Part shown: positions 30,901 through 38,348 of the stretch, piece after piece
Numbering within the stretch: the stretch's first letter is position 1
Layout of the letters: each line of letters starts with the position of its first letter
Source of the DNA: an uncultured Collinsella sp.
GTDB taxonomy: Bacteria; Actinomycetota; Coriobacteriia; Coriobacteriales; Coriobacteriaceae
DNA length: 64,000 nt
Direction of reading: 5' to 3'
NCBI GenBank assembly: GCA_900761995.1
Contig: CAAFEY010000184.1
Location: forward strand, 458-64,457
Made by a program: the position numbers and the translations under genes
Notes under the pieces: generated by a model
Told to the model about the DNA's origin: nothing
Databases searched by the model: none
What the model saw: only the letters and a program-made list of their open reading frames with translations

Positions 30901-33900
30901 GATGGAATGGGTGTCGCCGTTCATAAGCCTAAAGGAATTGCCCACAGCTTTGCCGCTCGCATCGAACACATGCGCCTCGTAGCCCTCCTGGGACTCCGGC
31001 AGGGTGAACTTAAACTTAAAGGTCAGGTCGTTACCTTTTGCATCCTTGGTGGGCGCGGTAAGGCCACTGTCCGCCGTCACCGTCACGGTCTTAGTCACTT
31101 GCAGGCGTGCCACGCGACGATCGGTATACTGCACGGCCGTTGCCGTGGTAAAGAGATGATTGAGCTGAAGCGTGCCCAGATCGGTGCCATTGGTGGCATC
31201 ATCGTCTTGATAAAGGGCCATGCGGTTGATGCCCGTATCGGCAAAGATGGTCGCCAGCTGGCCGTTGCGGTCGCCACCGTCCTCGACATAGCGCAAGACG
31301 GTCTTGGCACCTTGCGTCGTCTTGTCATAGCGCATATGCATCCAGTTGTCCGTAGGACTTGTCGGGCCCCATGTCAGGTTTCCGCTGGCGTCAACGGCCG
31401 CACTCTGCAGCTTGCCCTTAATGTGCGTAAGCGTGTTGTCAATGGAGTCGGGAGAGCCAAACTGTGCCAGGGAGGCGATCAGCGAACCCGGGCCGCTCAC
31501 GCTGAGCACGCCGTCGCCTTTCTCACCGGCATCCACATACACGCCCGAATCATCCACAATCACCTTGGTGATAGTGTTGTTAATCTCATAGCCATCCGGG
31601 CTTACAGACTCACGCAGGTAGTACGTACCCTTGATAAGGGGTTTGTGGTTTACCGAATCGAGTGGGAAGCATGCCGCGCCCTTAATCTCATACGGATAGG
31701 TCGCGTCGTTCGCCTTCACGGTGTCATACGGCTCAGCACCGGGCTTGATGGCATACGTGCTGGGGCTATTGCCAGTAACGTCCTTAGCCTGGTACAGCTG
31801 AAACGTCGCGTCGTTCACGGGCTTACCCAGGTCGTCAACCTTCTGCACAAACAGACGGTTCTGAACGTTGGTGAAGTGGATCACCGTAGAGAACTGCCTG
31901 TTTATCGTTTGATATTGGACCATAGAGGTGTTGTCGATGGTTGCCCCCGCCAGAGACGACGCCGTGGTGTGATACACCGCCACGGTATAGTCGGCATTCG
32001 ACTTGTCCTCCATCATGGCAGCGTACTTCTCGATATCGCCGGGCAGCGACCTAACCGTTACCTCATAGTCGCCCTTGGTGTTAACGGCAAAAACGCTCGT
32101 GTCCGCCGATTTGGCAGCCTCGACGGCACCGGCAATGCCGTGCGCGGAGCACAGTTTGTAGCCATCGAGCGGATTGCCCGTGACTGCCGTCCAGGCGTTT
32201 ACGTCCGTGTCACTCTTGTTTTTATCGGTGCGTTTGAGCACGACGGCAAAGGTCGTACCCGAGCTAATGGGGTTGTCCTTGTTGTCTTTTATGTCTTTGG
32301 ACAGGGAGATGGTCTCCTTGGCGGCCAGATAGCCGCCGTTCAGCCACATGCGGCTGCCCTTCCATGTGCTATCATCCGCTGTTTTGACCGTCGTTTGCGG
32401 TGCGACGACCACGCCGCCCGTGCCACTCGCCGCAGCTGGCTTGTACTGCAGATGCAGCTCGCCTGGCGTTGCGGAAGTCGATGAAGTCAGACTCGAACGA
32501 TATCCCTCGGGCAGGCCCATCTCCTTGAGTACAAAGAAGTCATGCCCCGCGGCATGCTGGTTATCGAACGAAAGGACAGAGCCGTCCGACTCCAAAAGCA
32601 CCAGCTGACCCTTATCGTCCGTCGTGCCTTGAGCGATGGGATCGCCCTGCGTCTTCCAGCTTTCACCGGACTGATACAGCGCAAACGTGGCGCCCTGGAC
32701 CGCCTCGCCGTTCTGGTCGACCTTCTGGACCTCGGATGACGGCAGGGTGGTGAGGTTGAACTTAAGTGACATGTTCGATGCACCCGCACCGCGCTCCAGA
32801 TAGAAGAAGCTCAGCTTGTGCTTGGTGCTAGAATTGAATGTATCACCGGAGAAGTTGGTGGTGTCCGCGCCGACGGCGTCGAACTTCGCCTTGATAGTGG
32901 TTTTTTCGATTTCCCTCTCGGTTCCATTCGCGCCATCAATATGACCGACTTTCACTTCGCCGGTAGCAAAGTTAATATCAAGCGTTGCCTTCTCGTGGAT
33001 GCCGCCCAGATCGCCCACGAGCACGCCATCGATATACACCCAGACGTCATCGTCGCCCGAGAACTCAAAGATCATGTCCTCGTTCTTGTTGGTCTTGCCG
33101 TTTGCGGGCTGGACAAACTCCGTGGTCATGGACATGCCAAAGTGATGGTTGAGCTTATCGTTCTCTCCGTCCTTTATTCCTATAGGGGAGAGGTTTTTAC
33201 CCGACTCGGTAAAAACCTTTTTAGCCGAGTCAAAGGGAAAGAACTGACCCCGATTCTCTTCTGACACGCTCTCCTTATATACGCCCGCCTTATCGTAGAC
33301 GTCAAAGGAGTTCGTCGTGGAGTTATACACGGCATAGTTGCCTTCTTTGAAGCCGTAGGAGTCGTAAACGTAATAGCCATCCTTGAGCTGGAAGAGGCCC
33401 TGCACGTTGTTGTAAACGGCCTTACCGTTCTGCTTTTTATTTGCCTGGCTGTCATTGTTAAAGAGGTAATCGAGCGACTCATCGTTGTAGTTAACGCCCT
33501 GGTAGGTGCCATTTTTGATCTCCGGATAGCCCTTTACCAGCGTGTTCTTCACAAATGGAAGGCGTCCAAAGCCACCGGTGGTACTCTTGCCCGTCCATTT
33601 GTTAATGCCCGTACCGGCACCACCATTGAATTTGAGCTGGTGGTCTTTATTGATGCCGGTGTTGTTATTGCTGTTGTCGTTGTTTATGTTGGCAGAATTG
33701 TCGTTATCGCCATTCACGACCCAGTAGTCAAACAGGTTGACCGTGGTGCCGGTAGGGTTTACCGTCTTCACGATATGGTTGCTGAAGGGAACCGTCTGCT
33801 CGGCCAACGCACTCGTTGCACCAAACAAGAGCGCACACGCCGCCAGCGGGACGGTCAAAACCTTTAGAGCACGCTTGGCTGTATTGGTTTTTGTGCCCAA

Positions 33901-33942
33901 AGGCTTCAGCATTTCTCGAGCTTTCGCATATACGCGATTCAT
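21997..33942 (-). CDS. Giant 3981-aa sortase-anchored adhesin: fibro-slime/PA14-like domain, SpaA/CnaB-type domains, many Spy0128/FctA-type repeats and DUF11-like modules
   Basis: Signal peptide ending SALA; FSGDDDVWVYIDGVLVGDLGGIH; KVDQNGEAVQGATFAL; recurring K.L.GR...F.F...TY.V.E...YD...FTNTY units; PGTP/Gly linker; MPDTG followed by a TM helix and RRRR. Confidence 0.92.
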   Translation of the reverse strand: MNRVYAKAREMLKPLGTKTNTAKRALKVLTVPLAACALLFGATSALAEQTVPFSNHIVKTVNPTGTTVNLFDYWVVNGDNDNSANINNDNSNNNTGINKDHQLKFNGGAGTGINKWTGKSTTGGFGRLPFVKNTLVKGYPEIKNGTYQGVNYNDESLDYLFNNDSQANKKQNGKAVYNNVQGLFQLKDGYYVYDSYGFKEGNYAVYNSTTNSFDVYDKAGVYKESVSEENRGQFFPFDSAKKVFTESGKNLSPIGIKDGENDKLNHHFGMSMTTEFVQPANGKTNKNEDMIFEFSGDDDVWVYIDGVLVGDLGGIHEKATLDINFATGEVKVGHIDGANGTEREIEKTTIKAKFDAVGADTTNFSGDTFNSSTKHKLSFFYLERGAGASNMSLKFNLTTLPSSEVQKVDQNGEAVQGATFALYQSGESWKTQGDPIAQGTTDDKGQLVLLESDGSVLSFDNQHAAGHDFFVLKEMGLPEGYRSSLTSSTSATPGELHLQYKPAAASGTGGVVVAPQTTVKTADDSTWKGSRMWLNGGYLAAKETISLSKDIKDNKDNPISSGTTFAVVLKRTDKNKSDTDVNAWTAVTGNPLDGYKLCSAHGIAGAVEAAKSADTSVFAVNTKGDYEVTVRSLPGDIEKYAAMMEDKSNADYTVAVYHTTASSLAGATIDNTSMVQYQTINRQFSTVIHFTNVQNRLFVQKVDDLGKPVNDATFQLYQAKDVTGNSPSTYAIKPGAEPYDTVKANDATYPYEIKGAACFPLDSVNHKPLIKGTYYLRESVSPDGYEINNTITKVIVDDSGVYVDAGEKGDGVLSVSGPGSLIASLAQFGSPDSIDNTLTHIKGKLQSAAVDASGNLTWGPTSPTDNWMHMRYDKTTQGAKTVLRYVEDGGDRNGQLATIFADTGINRMALYQDDDATNGTDLGTLQLNHLFTTATAVQYTDRRVARLQVTKTVTVTADSGLTAPTKDAKGNDLTFKFKFTLPESQEGYEAHVFDASGKAVGNSFRLMNGDTHSIKAGETIRVYDLMKGDSYSVSELTTKGEESGGNVLASIVNTVTGSADESVLPAGFSLVSRKAGGVEQTGTGNTITGKIGKLEGGEIPASNKLEFTNNYSASSVTLDAKDRLSVKKRLNGRDWNDSDTFTVQLTADDGVPMPNGAKSKVSTVEITEKAPTAKFDDTTYKTATFGDITYFKPGTYIYTISEVIPGSDARADGISYSAAVYTATVVVEDNQAGALVVTSVKVMQVRDDAGAETKKEVTDKVATFTNRYDEYEKDITIHAKKNLTDNARTLPLTQNTFGFTLEGMGGYKDANATFSPDTIDTSIEAPMPQGTEGNTATVGNNADGEVRWPATSYTVNKDAGHAYVYTLTENKPTENPGSVAGVTYDESVYYAVVRNVAKGAGIQTSVEYYKAETDGTVKQLDENDTPVFTNIYSVEPTSVTLQGQKTVSGRDWNQGESYTFNLAAATDDAGVTGLNKTTAQAVADGAVAINASQAVASAPESGRVASFAFGTEAAPTVTFNRAGTFSFNITENAAQDGQAGMSMDKHTARATVVVTDLDESGNHTGKLRVSSVTYANTGASDADKIVTDKAAFTNAYRASGTFDGVTVSKTLEGRASTAGQFTFAVTGLWYNGVQTSVDGSEASLSNKVAGAGVSGAVVSASGQEKLFARDLTEQDLGRTFAYRIHENQPAAAGYTYDTGYTGDAIVLVKVLARENDPAKLYTVTTVLKGAGVTELLGDGTDASKLTDEKIVELKQKPNTYVQQYDASEAGATTPTVSFVNRYAASLDYGAAGGLQIEKTLTYPKDATIFGSPKSTFRYIVKPADKTSASKVGISTDGKVFETASVEADAPKTVSLVPAGGLTFTQDDAGKTFTYTVSEIDDKATGYKYDETVHTVKAVVADSGDGTLRVTTSVSKPGDGGDELEGQWIYPSDATSTGVATVKFKNTYTVTEAATYTPSVTKVVVGANAPGKFTFAMTAADDATRAAVDSKLITGSSMSVDNGYAEKKQTKEGLKDGEHYQVDFSKLTFNKPGTYKFAINELAPNSGLGEWKYDQHIYTVTVTVTDEGGKLVARADGATGSEGFIFTNSYQTSTSYELQGGLEIVKTLNGHDLHAGMFGFTVTGEGDASIEKLNKLLRADEGKLTVTNDEPQADGTSHTGILGGLTFATDDADKTFTYKVVENDGGKGGYTYDSTYWMVEIAVKKRGDGSLYTVTTVKHYDANEVEEPRDTKPFSSENSAAKAKVFFTNNYAATGKFEGLTAEKVMDSGDKIEAGQYTFDLYAEKADGSLEKKDEGTTQAGENGTATVDFGKVYFKLGDATSGTDGQAIDLASAVNDGIAIKRHNADHTTTYSFNLVAKERLANLPAGVRPVDTSATCRVLLEVTDNNNGKLTFKVTYRDGTENGKIVFHNTRDKVKTIGTVAKPDVDIDGQLLSVGDSYVYTINWANTEADAFVTVNDELPTGVVFEAFEGEYADKGAASGQSLTWNLGKQPAGSHGSVRVRVKITEDAVKDAQSAVDTINNTATVWADNKSYTGTTTNYVPKKSESDAQDSTGSGVALGDELTYTIGYKNTEGVSATVTITDTVPAGTEFVEFAGDHKDAGSKDNDGKLTWTLADVPAGKEGTVQFKVRVTEDAFKSGGASGNISNQASVTVGNNPAVKTNTTTDEVSDGRLTLSKTVTAAEGITAPNKAFTFKVLLYQADGTTPLAGTFAYAGRPSGTNGTYVSGQIKSGDTITLKAGGSVTVTLPAGAHYEVRELNSKGELMTSEDGFAVVDKANPQKGTVGQATQVGFTNVYSVESTKVENAFKVQKKISGRNWMTSDAFTMTLTAQGEAPMPKGAKDGVSTIELHKDAQVGNFGTIEYAKPGTYTYVITEQPGDEAALTFSKATYRVTVTVTDDDAGKLSAKTEIAQLTDDAGDAAERTVEAAIFTNTAKTGSLTVKKTVVGGDSQREFGFTVALTDGDGEPVSGTFGKGEHAVTFADGKVAFKLKDGEGKTVAGLPVGARYTVAEDAAEGYTTAVNGADGSKAEGAVTEDGATVAFTNTYGTAAEGRDVSTAGLFTKTLRGRDWAEGDSFQFALAGEDGAPMPEGSADGSKTVSVTAAGTKAGDRVAFDFGPIRYTLDDIKDAGFAEVGGKRVRAKTFTYTVREVRPDDGSAIAGVAYDGHVATMTVTVTDDGSGNLTATTPAIAEVSGGDFVNTYTTELDYSARAGVRLSKTLSGRAMEAGQFAFTVTADAETAAKLGLKTDGDAYAVAAADDGAADLVDLIGSDAKGDVKFTDADAGKTYSFTVTETKLGGEGYANDTAPRTVTIAPTYDAATGRLTVTTAVAKDGVEVARSEVSTADDATSAPAPVTVAFQNSYEATGTLGGEGNVAINATKTLTGRAAAAGEFSFSVRDAQGNPVATASNRASGDGEAAALTFSPIAYTTGSLEQMVKDGTATKAADGSWSIPYTVSEDTAALPAGVTATASSFDITVKATDNGKGGLDVAVVYPEGSDGKLSFVNGYRADEAPVDLAGTKTLAFGQAGLGLTQADIEGKYTFKIEPLDGAPAPVDASGKTVTEATNDAAGNVELGHVTFKQPSDLDDAEIDGQGLRTKTFAYRVSESGSVDGVVNDATATRTFTVKVVEDTNAGTLAAEVLPAEGTPEGKGAFGFTNTYGVNPTPSSVTDQIKVNKKLKGRDLAEGEFEFQLVELAADGSESVAATGKNAADGTVALSPVTYTAPGMHSYELREVAGTAGGVTYDKATYRVRTTVTDAKNGTLAVKHELADAEGNAVGDTSVTFTNGYEAAPVTLKLGAAKVLKGAELKAGQFSFELKGRDGKVMSTAKNAADGSVTFDALTFKQAGTYTFTVSEVDDGQAHVTYDKAVHKIVVTVSDEAADGTKTGYLSAKVSYEGDANLPPVFTNSYTEEPGTPGTPENPGTPGGGSGGGSDNGSGSGSKGGMPDTGDRSLPVEALGAMAGIGALTVAGGAVLYRRRR

Positions 33943-34015
33943 GAAGGCCCTCCCCGATCCATGAGGACGGCAAGCAGTGGCTCGCTATATGTGTGTCGTC
34001 GTCCCCATCGATGCA

Positions 34016-34046
34016 AATATACGCCCCCCCCCGCGCAGAAACGCAA
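34016..34046 (-). promoter_or_regulatory. Candidate sigma70 promoter with a G9 tract in the spacer
   Basis: Minus strand TTGCGT-TTCTGCGC-G9-CG-TATATT (19-bp spacer), about 75 bp upstream of the adhesin ATG. Confidence 0.5.
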
Positions 34047-34508
34047 GGCAGGACATCGCAATATACTTAAAATTGTAGCAATTTAAACGACCCACTATTC
34101 CGCGTCAGGTTGCCACTCGGTCGTCAAATCGAACCATTCGCGCCATCAAAGGGGTTCGGCGGGATAAAAACCGTCGGCAATCTTTATCCCCACAGCCCCA
34201 CAAGGCAGCTAATTTGGGACGGGGCTTTTTTGACTACTTGGGCAATCAGATCGGCATGTAGTCAAAATGGCCGTCCCAAATAGACTGGTCTGACGCTGCG
34301 CCACGAAAAGGGCCTATCTACTACGTTTAGACCGCAGGGATCAACCATAGCCGGCCTTTTCGAAAATCGGCAAGCTCTCTACCTGCGGTTTTGTTTTTGT
34401 AAATTCCGGGATGGTCGAGGGTGGCCGGTTTAACGTAGTAGATGGCCACGTTTCGTGGCAGACGGTCCGACCCAAGGCCCAGGGCGGCCAGCCTCGGATG
34501 ACCATTCA

Positions 34509-34576
34509 CAAAGTTGCGGTGGAATACGGACTGAATTGGCACCTTAAAGGCAAAAACACTCCGTATTTCACCGCAA
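34509..34576. repeat. Dispersed hairpin repeat, family A copy 2
   Basis: CAAAGTTGCGGTGGAATACGGACTG...CCGTATTTCACCGCAA matches 1125-1193. Confidence 0.85.
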
Positions 34577-34595
34577 GTTATTGGGGGGATGGGTT

Positions 34596-36377
34596 TTAGA
34601 GGCGGGCGAGGTCGTAGGCTTGGGCAGCTGCCTCGCCAGCGCAGATGAGGTTGGTTGTGGCTTCTTGCGCACCGAGCGCCTGGTCGAGAGGCATGGGCTT
34701 GCGGCAAATCGGCAAAACCAAGTCAATACCCTGCTCATACACCGCATCCAGGTTGACGGCGCGCCCGCCCACGACGGCGACCACCGGCTTGCCATATCGC
34801 TTCGCGCGACGGGCCACGCCCACCGGCGCCTTACCGGCGGCGGATTGCTCGTCCATATTGCCCTCGCCCGTAATGACCAGGTCGACATCGCGTACGCGCT
34901 CGTCAAACCCAATCAGATCGAGCACCGTCTCCACGCCCGAACGCAACTCGGCACCGAGCGCCAGCAGCGCGGTACCCAGGCCGCCGGCAGCACCGGCGCC
35001 GGGCACGCCGAGCACCGAACCAAATGTCCGTCCACCCTCGGGCACGCGCAACAGCCCCTGGGCTCGAGCTCCGGCAATCGCGGCGTCGAGCAGGCGACCG
35101 TAGCCGACCATCCAGCTGTCGTACCTGCTCAGCGCCTCGGCATCATCCGTCGGCAGGCCCTTCTGCCCGCCAAACACCGCCAGTGCGCCTCGGCGTCCCA
35201 CGAGCGGATTCTCGACATCGGAAAGCACCACGACACGCGCGCCGTTCAGCGCCCGAAGCGCTGGCGCCAAATCAACGCTCGCCACGTGTTCAAGGCCCGC
35301 AAGACCGGGGGCGACATCGCAGCCCTGATCATCGACCACACGCGCGCCCAGCGCCTGCAGCATGCCGGCGCCACCGTCGTTGGTGGCACTGCCGCCCAAA
35401 CCAATATAGATAGTCTTTGCGCCCGCGCGAACCGCGCGAAGCATGAGCTCACCCACACCGTAGGTTGTGGCCGCCAACGCCGACGACTCCGTGCAAGGTG
35501 AGTACCCGATGCCCACGGCTTCGGCCATCTCAATAACAGCCGACTCGTGCTCGACATCAACCAGCATCCGGGCAGACACGCGATCGCCCAAGGGGCCTGC
35601 CACCTCGCAGGTCACAAGCTCGCCACCGCAGGCGGCAACGGCATCGAGCGTTCCCTCGCCACCATCTGCCAGCGGCAATGTGCACACCTCGGCATCGGGC
35701 CAAACGCGTCGTACGCCTTCGGCAACCGCCGCCTCTGTCTGCGCACTCGAAACACTGCCCTTAAAGGAGTCGATCGCCAGTAGCACGCGGCGGGGCCGGC
35801 GGCACGCGGGGCCAAAGTCAACCGCCGCGCCAGCATCCTCTTCGGCACACGCGAGCGCCTCGGCGTGAGCGGCGTGTGCGTCAAGATCGGCCCCACAGCC
35901 GCAGCCAGCACCATCGGCGCCACGCAGCCCACTAAAATAGCTGCTCAACACCTCACGACACTCGTCTGCCAGTACGCCGGCCGTCACGTTAAACCGATGA
36001 TTCAGGCGCGAGTCGGCATTCAAATCGTATAGGGATCCCAACGCGCCCGCCTTGGCGTCGCTCGCGCCATACACGCAGCGTCCGACGCGCGCGTTGACCA
36101 TAAGACCCGCGCACATGCAGCAAGGCTCGAGTGTTACATAGACCGTACAGTCGGAAAGGCGCCAGCGGCCAAGCGCCTGGGCAGCGGCGCACAGGGCCGC
36201 GAACTCTGCATGCGCCGAAGGGTCCTGGTCGAGCTCGCGCCGATTGTGCGCCCTCGCGACGATCTCGCCGTCGCGCACCACTACGGCTCCGATGGGCACC
36301 TCGCCCACTGCCGCGGCGGCTCGCGCCTCCGCCAACGCCTCGCGCATGAACTTCTCGTCGATTTCGGTGATCGTCAT
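34596..36377 (-). CDS. tadA: Fusion of tRNA adenosine(34) deaminase TadA and glycerate kinase (GlxK family)
   Basis: N-terminal part has GEVPIGAV, AHAEF and TLEPCCMCAG. C-terminal part has IDSFKGS, ADGGEG, GLGGSATNDGG, GAAGGLG and ITGEG..DEQS..GK. Single open frame. Confidence 0.88.
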   Translation of the reverse strand: MTITEIDEKFMREALAEARAAAAVGEVPIGAVVVRDGEIVARAHNRRELDQDPSAHAEFAALCAAAQALGRWRLSDCTVYVTLEPCCMCAGLMVNARVGRCVYGASDAKAGALGSLYDLNADSRLNHRFNVTAGVLADECREVLSSYFSGLRGADGAGCGCGADLDAHAAHAEALACAEEDAGAAVDFGPACRRPRRVLLAIDSFKGSVSSAQTEAAVAEGVRRVWPDAEVCTLPLADGGEGTLDAVAACGGELVTCEVAGPLGDRVSARMLVDVEHESAVIEMAEAVGIGYSPCTESSALAATTYGVGELMLRAVRAGAKTIYIGLGGSATNDGGAGMLQALGARVVDDQGCDVAPGLAGLEHVASVDLAPALRALNGARVVVLSDVENPLVGRRGALAVFGGQKGLPTDDAEALSRYDSWMVGYGRLLDAAIAGARAQGLLRVPEGGRTFGSVLGVPGAGAAGGLGTALLALGAELRSGVETVLDLIGFDERVRDVDLVITGEGNMDEQSAAGKAPVGVARRAKRYGKPVVAVVGGRAVNLDAVYEQGIDLVLPICRKPMPLDQALGAQEATTNLICAGEAAAQAYDLARL

Positions 36378-36428
36378 CGTTCGCCTTCCCTGTTGCAAAT
36401 TCAAAACGATGCTATCATTACGACTCAC

Positions 36429-36518
36429 GGAGAGATGGCAGAGCGGTTGAATGCGGCGGTCTTGAAAACCGTTGAGCGCGAGAGCGTTCCGGGGGTTCGA
36501 ATCCCCCTCTCTCCGCCA
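36429..36518 (+). tRNA. tRNA-Ser (TGA anticodon)
   Basis: GGAGAGA/TCTCTCC acceptor stem, anticodon loop CT-TGA-AA, long variable arm, GTTCGAATC T-loop and encoded CCA. Confidence 0.97.
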
Positions 36519-36521
36519 CTT

Positions 36522-37118
36522 TTAGTGATGCACCGGTGTCATGGTCCGCTCAAACAGTGCATCGACCACGTCGGCCATCTCGGGTCGACGCTCAAGATCG
36601 TGGCCCGATTCCCACCATATCGTGAAAAGTCGAATAATACCGCCGGCGACAAACTCAGACGTCGTCTCGAGCGACACGGGGGCCAGGGCATCCTCGGCAA
36701 GCACGTTCATCACACGCTCGCGGATAGAGCGGGCAATGCGGTCGCAAATAACGTTGGTCAACATGCCCGACATGCTGCTTGCCAAAATGTTATCCATGAG
36801 TTGCTCGTGCGCCAGAATCAAATCCATGGCATCGTCCAAAATCGCGTGCCGAAGCGCGCGCACGTCCTCGGCAGACACTGCGCCGGCCTCATCGGGCTGT
36901 TTTTGCGGCAAGCCCGACATGAGCCCATCGATATAAAAGGCAAAGTAATCGTTCTTGTCGCGAAAGTGCTTGTAGAACGTCGTGCGGCGAATCATGGCGC
37001 GGTCGCACAGCATGGCAACCGTCAGGTCCTCAAAACGATGTTCCTCGAGAAGCTCGGTAAAGGCATCAAACAGGGCGCGGTAGGTTTTCTTGATGCGAAG
37101 GTCCACTGGTATCGCCAT
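36522..37118 (-). CDS. TetR/AcrR-family transcriptional regulator
   Basis: DLRIKKT...LTVAMLCDRAMIRRTTFYKHF helix-turn-helix. Confidence 0.9.
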   Translation of the reverse strand: MAIPVDLRIKKTYRALFDAFTELLEEHRFEDLTVAMLCDRAMIRRTTFYKHFRDKNDYFAFYIDGLMSGLPQKQPDEAGAVSAEDVRALRHAILDDAMDLILAHEQLMDNILASSMSGMLTNVICDRIARSIRERVMNVLAEDALAPVSLETTSEFVAGGIIRLFTIWWESGHDLERRPEMADVVDALFERTMTPVHH

Positions 37119-37317
37119 CCTCAGGGCAAAGACAACACTCGTCAATCTGTCGCATATCTTACACCTGTACCTCGCACGCTTTGCCCCGGTGCCAACCCCA
37201 CCGAAAACATAACGCTTACCGGAAAGTTCGGCACGGCAAAACGTTGCGGGTATACTAGTAGCGTTATACCAACGGCAGCTGGCGCATGCCGCCGCGGCCT
37301 TTCGAAACGGAGACATC

Positions 37318-37869
37318 ATGATTACCGTCATCATCGGCATCGTTGTTGTCATTGTGATTGTCTGCGCCATCGCCGGCATCTACAACAACATGGTCACCAA
37401 GCGTAACCGCATCGATAACGCCTGGCAGAACATCGATACGCAGCTGCAGCGTCGCAACGACCTGATCCCCAACCTGGTCGAGACCGTCAAGGGCTACGCC
37501 AAGCACGAGCAAGAGACGCTCTCCGCCGTGATCAGCGCGCGTAACACCGCCGTCAAGGCCACCACGCCCGAGGCCAAGATGGAAGCCGACAACGTGCTGA
37601 CCGGTGCGCTGCGCCAGCTCTTCGCCGTAGCCGAGGCCTACCCCGATCTTAAGGCAAACACCAACTTTACGCAGCTGCAGGCATCGCTCGAGGATACCGA
37701 GAACAAGATTAGCTATGCACGCCAGAGCTACAACGATTGCGTGCTCAGCTACAACAACGCCATTCAGACGTTCCCGGCTGTCATCTTTGCCGGCATCTTC
37801 CAGTTTAAGGAGCGCCAGGGCTTCGAGGCCGCCGAGGCAGCCCGCCAGGCCCCGACCGTCAAGTTCTAA
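37318..37869 (+). CDS. lemA: LemA family protein
   Basis: N-terminal TM helix, LQRRNDLIPNLVETVKGY, AEAYPDLKA and TENKISYARQSYN. Confidence 0.95.
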   Translation: MITVIIGIVVVIVIVCAIAGIYNNMVTKRNRIDNAWQNIDTQLQRRNDLIPNLVETVKGYAKHEQETLSAVISARNTAVKATTPEAKMEADNVLTGALRQLFAVAEAYPDLKANTNFTQLQASLEDTENKISYARQSYNDCVLSYNNAIQTFPAVIFAGIFQFKERQGFEAAEAARQAPTVKF

Positions 37870-37906
37870 CAGATCCGCAGCGTATCCTTAATCGGGTAGA
37901 TGCATA

Positions 37907-37951
37907 AACCGCCCCGTCGAATGCATACTTCGACGGGGCGGTTGCTTTTTT
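37907..37951 (+). terminator. Intrinsic terminator after lemA
   Basis: AACCGCCCCGTCGAA...TTCGACGGGGCGGTT-GCTTTTTT. Confidence 0.8.
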
Positions 37952-38213
37952 AGCGAAGGTCCCCCTCTAAGCACCGTGCATTTTTGGGAGTATTCAACAT
38001 AACCAAGAGCATCGGGCGCCACGACAAAGGCCAAAGACCGCGAATATCCCTGCAAATCACCCGCTGTCAGCCCATAACCCCGCCCATCATTCGTAGAAAA
38101 CATCGAGAAATCCCGATTTTTTGCCCGAGGTCGGTATGCAGGGGCCTTCGATTGCAGAATACTCGCAAAAATGCACGTCGCCATCACCCCCACATGGCGC
38201 GAACCAAAACAAA

Positions 38214-38326
38214 AGCGCGGCCTTCCTTTCCGGCGCACTCCGCGGGACGAAAAAACCTCCGCCGCACGAAGTGCGCAGCGGAGGTTCTTTCATGTCCGAG
38301 GACGCGCCGGAAAGGAAGGCCGCGCT
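38214..38326. repeat. Long nested hairpin downstream of ilvE
   Basis: AGCGCGGCCTTCCTTTCCGGCGC...GCGCCGGAAAGGAAGGCCGCGCT enclosing an AACCTCCGC...GCGGAGGTT stem. Confidence 0.7.
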
Positions 38327-38348
38327 CGGGCCGGACAGCTAAGACAGC

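Noticed and set aside
22330..32484. Very long plus-strand ORFs (1591 aa and 1603 aa)
   Set aside because: They are antisense shadows of the giant adhesin, expected from high-GC codon bias, and carry no recognisable motifs.
34330..34500. Possible mobile-element end or small gene (ACCTGCGGTTTT; similar word near 46167)
   Set aside because: The similarity is too short, and there is no transposase, target duplication or convincing ORF.
36429..36518. Integrative element at tRNA-Ser
   Set aside because: There is no integrase nearby and I saw no duplicated tRNA 3' end in the window.
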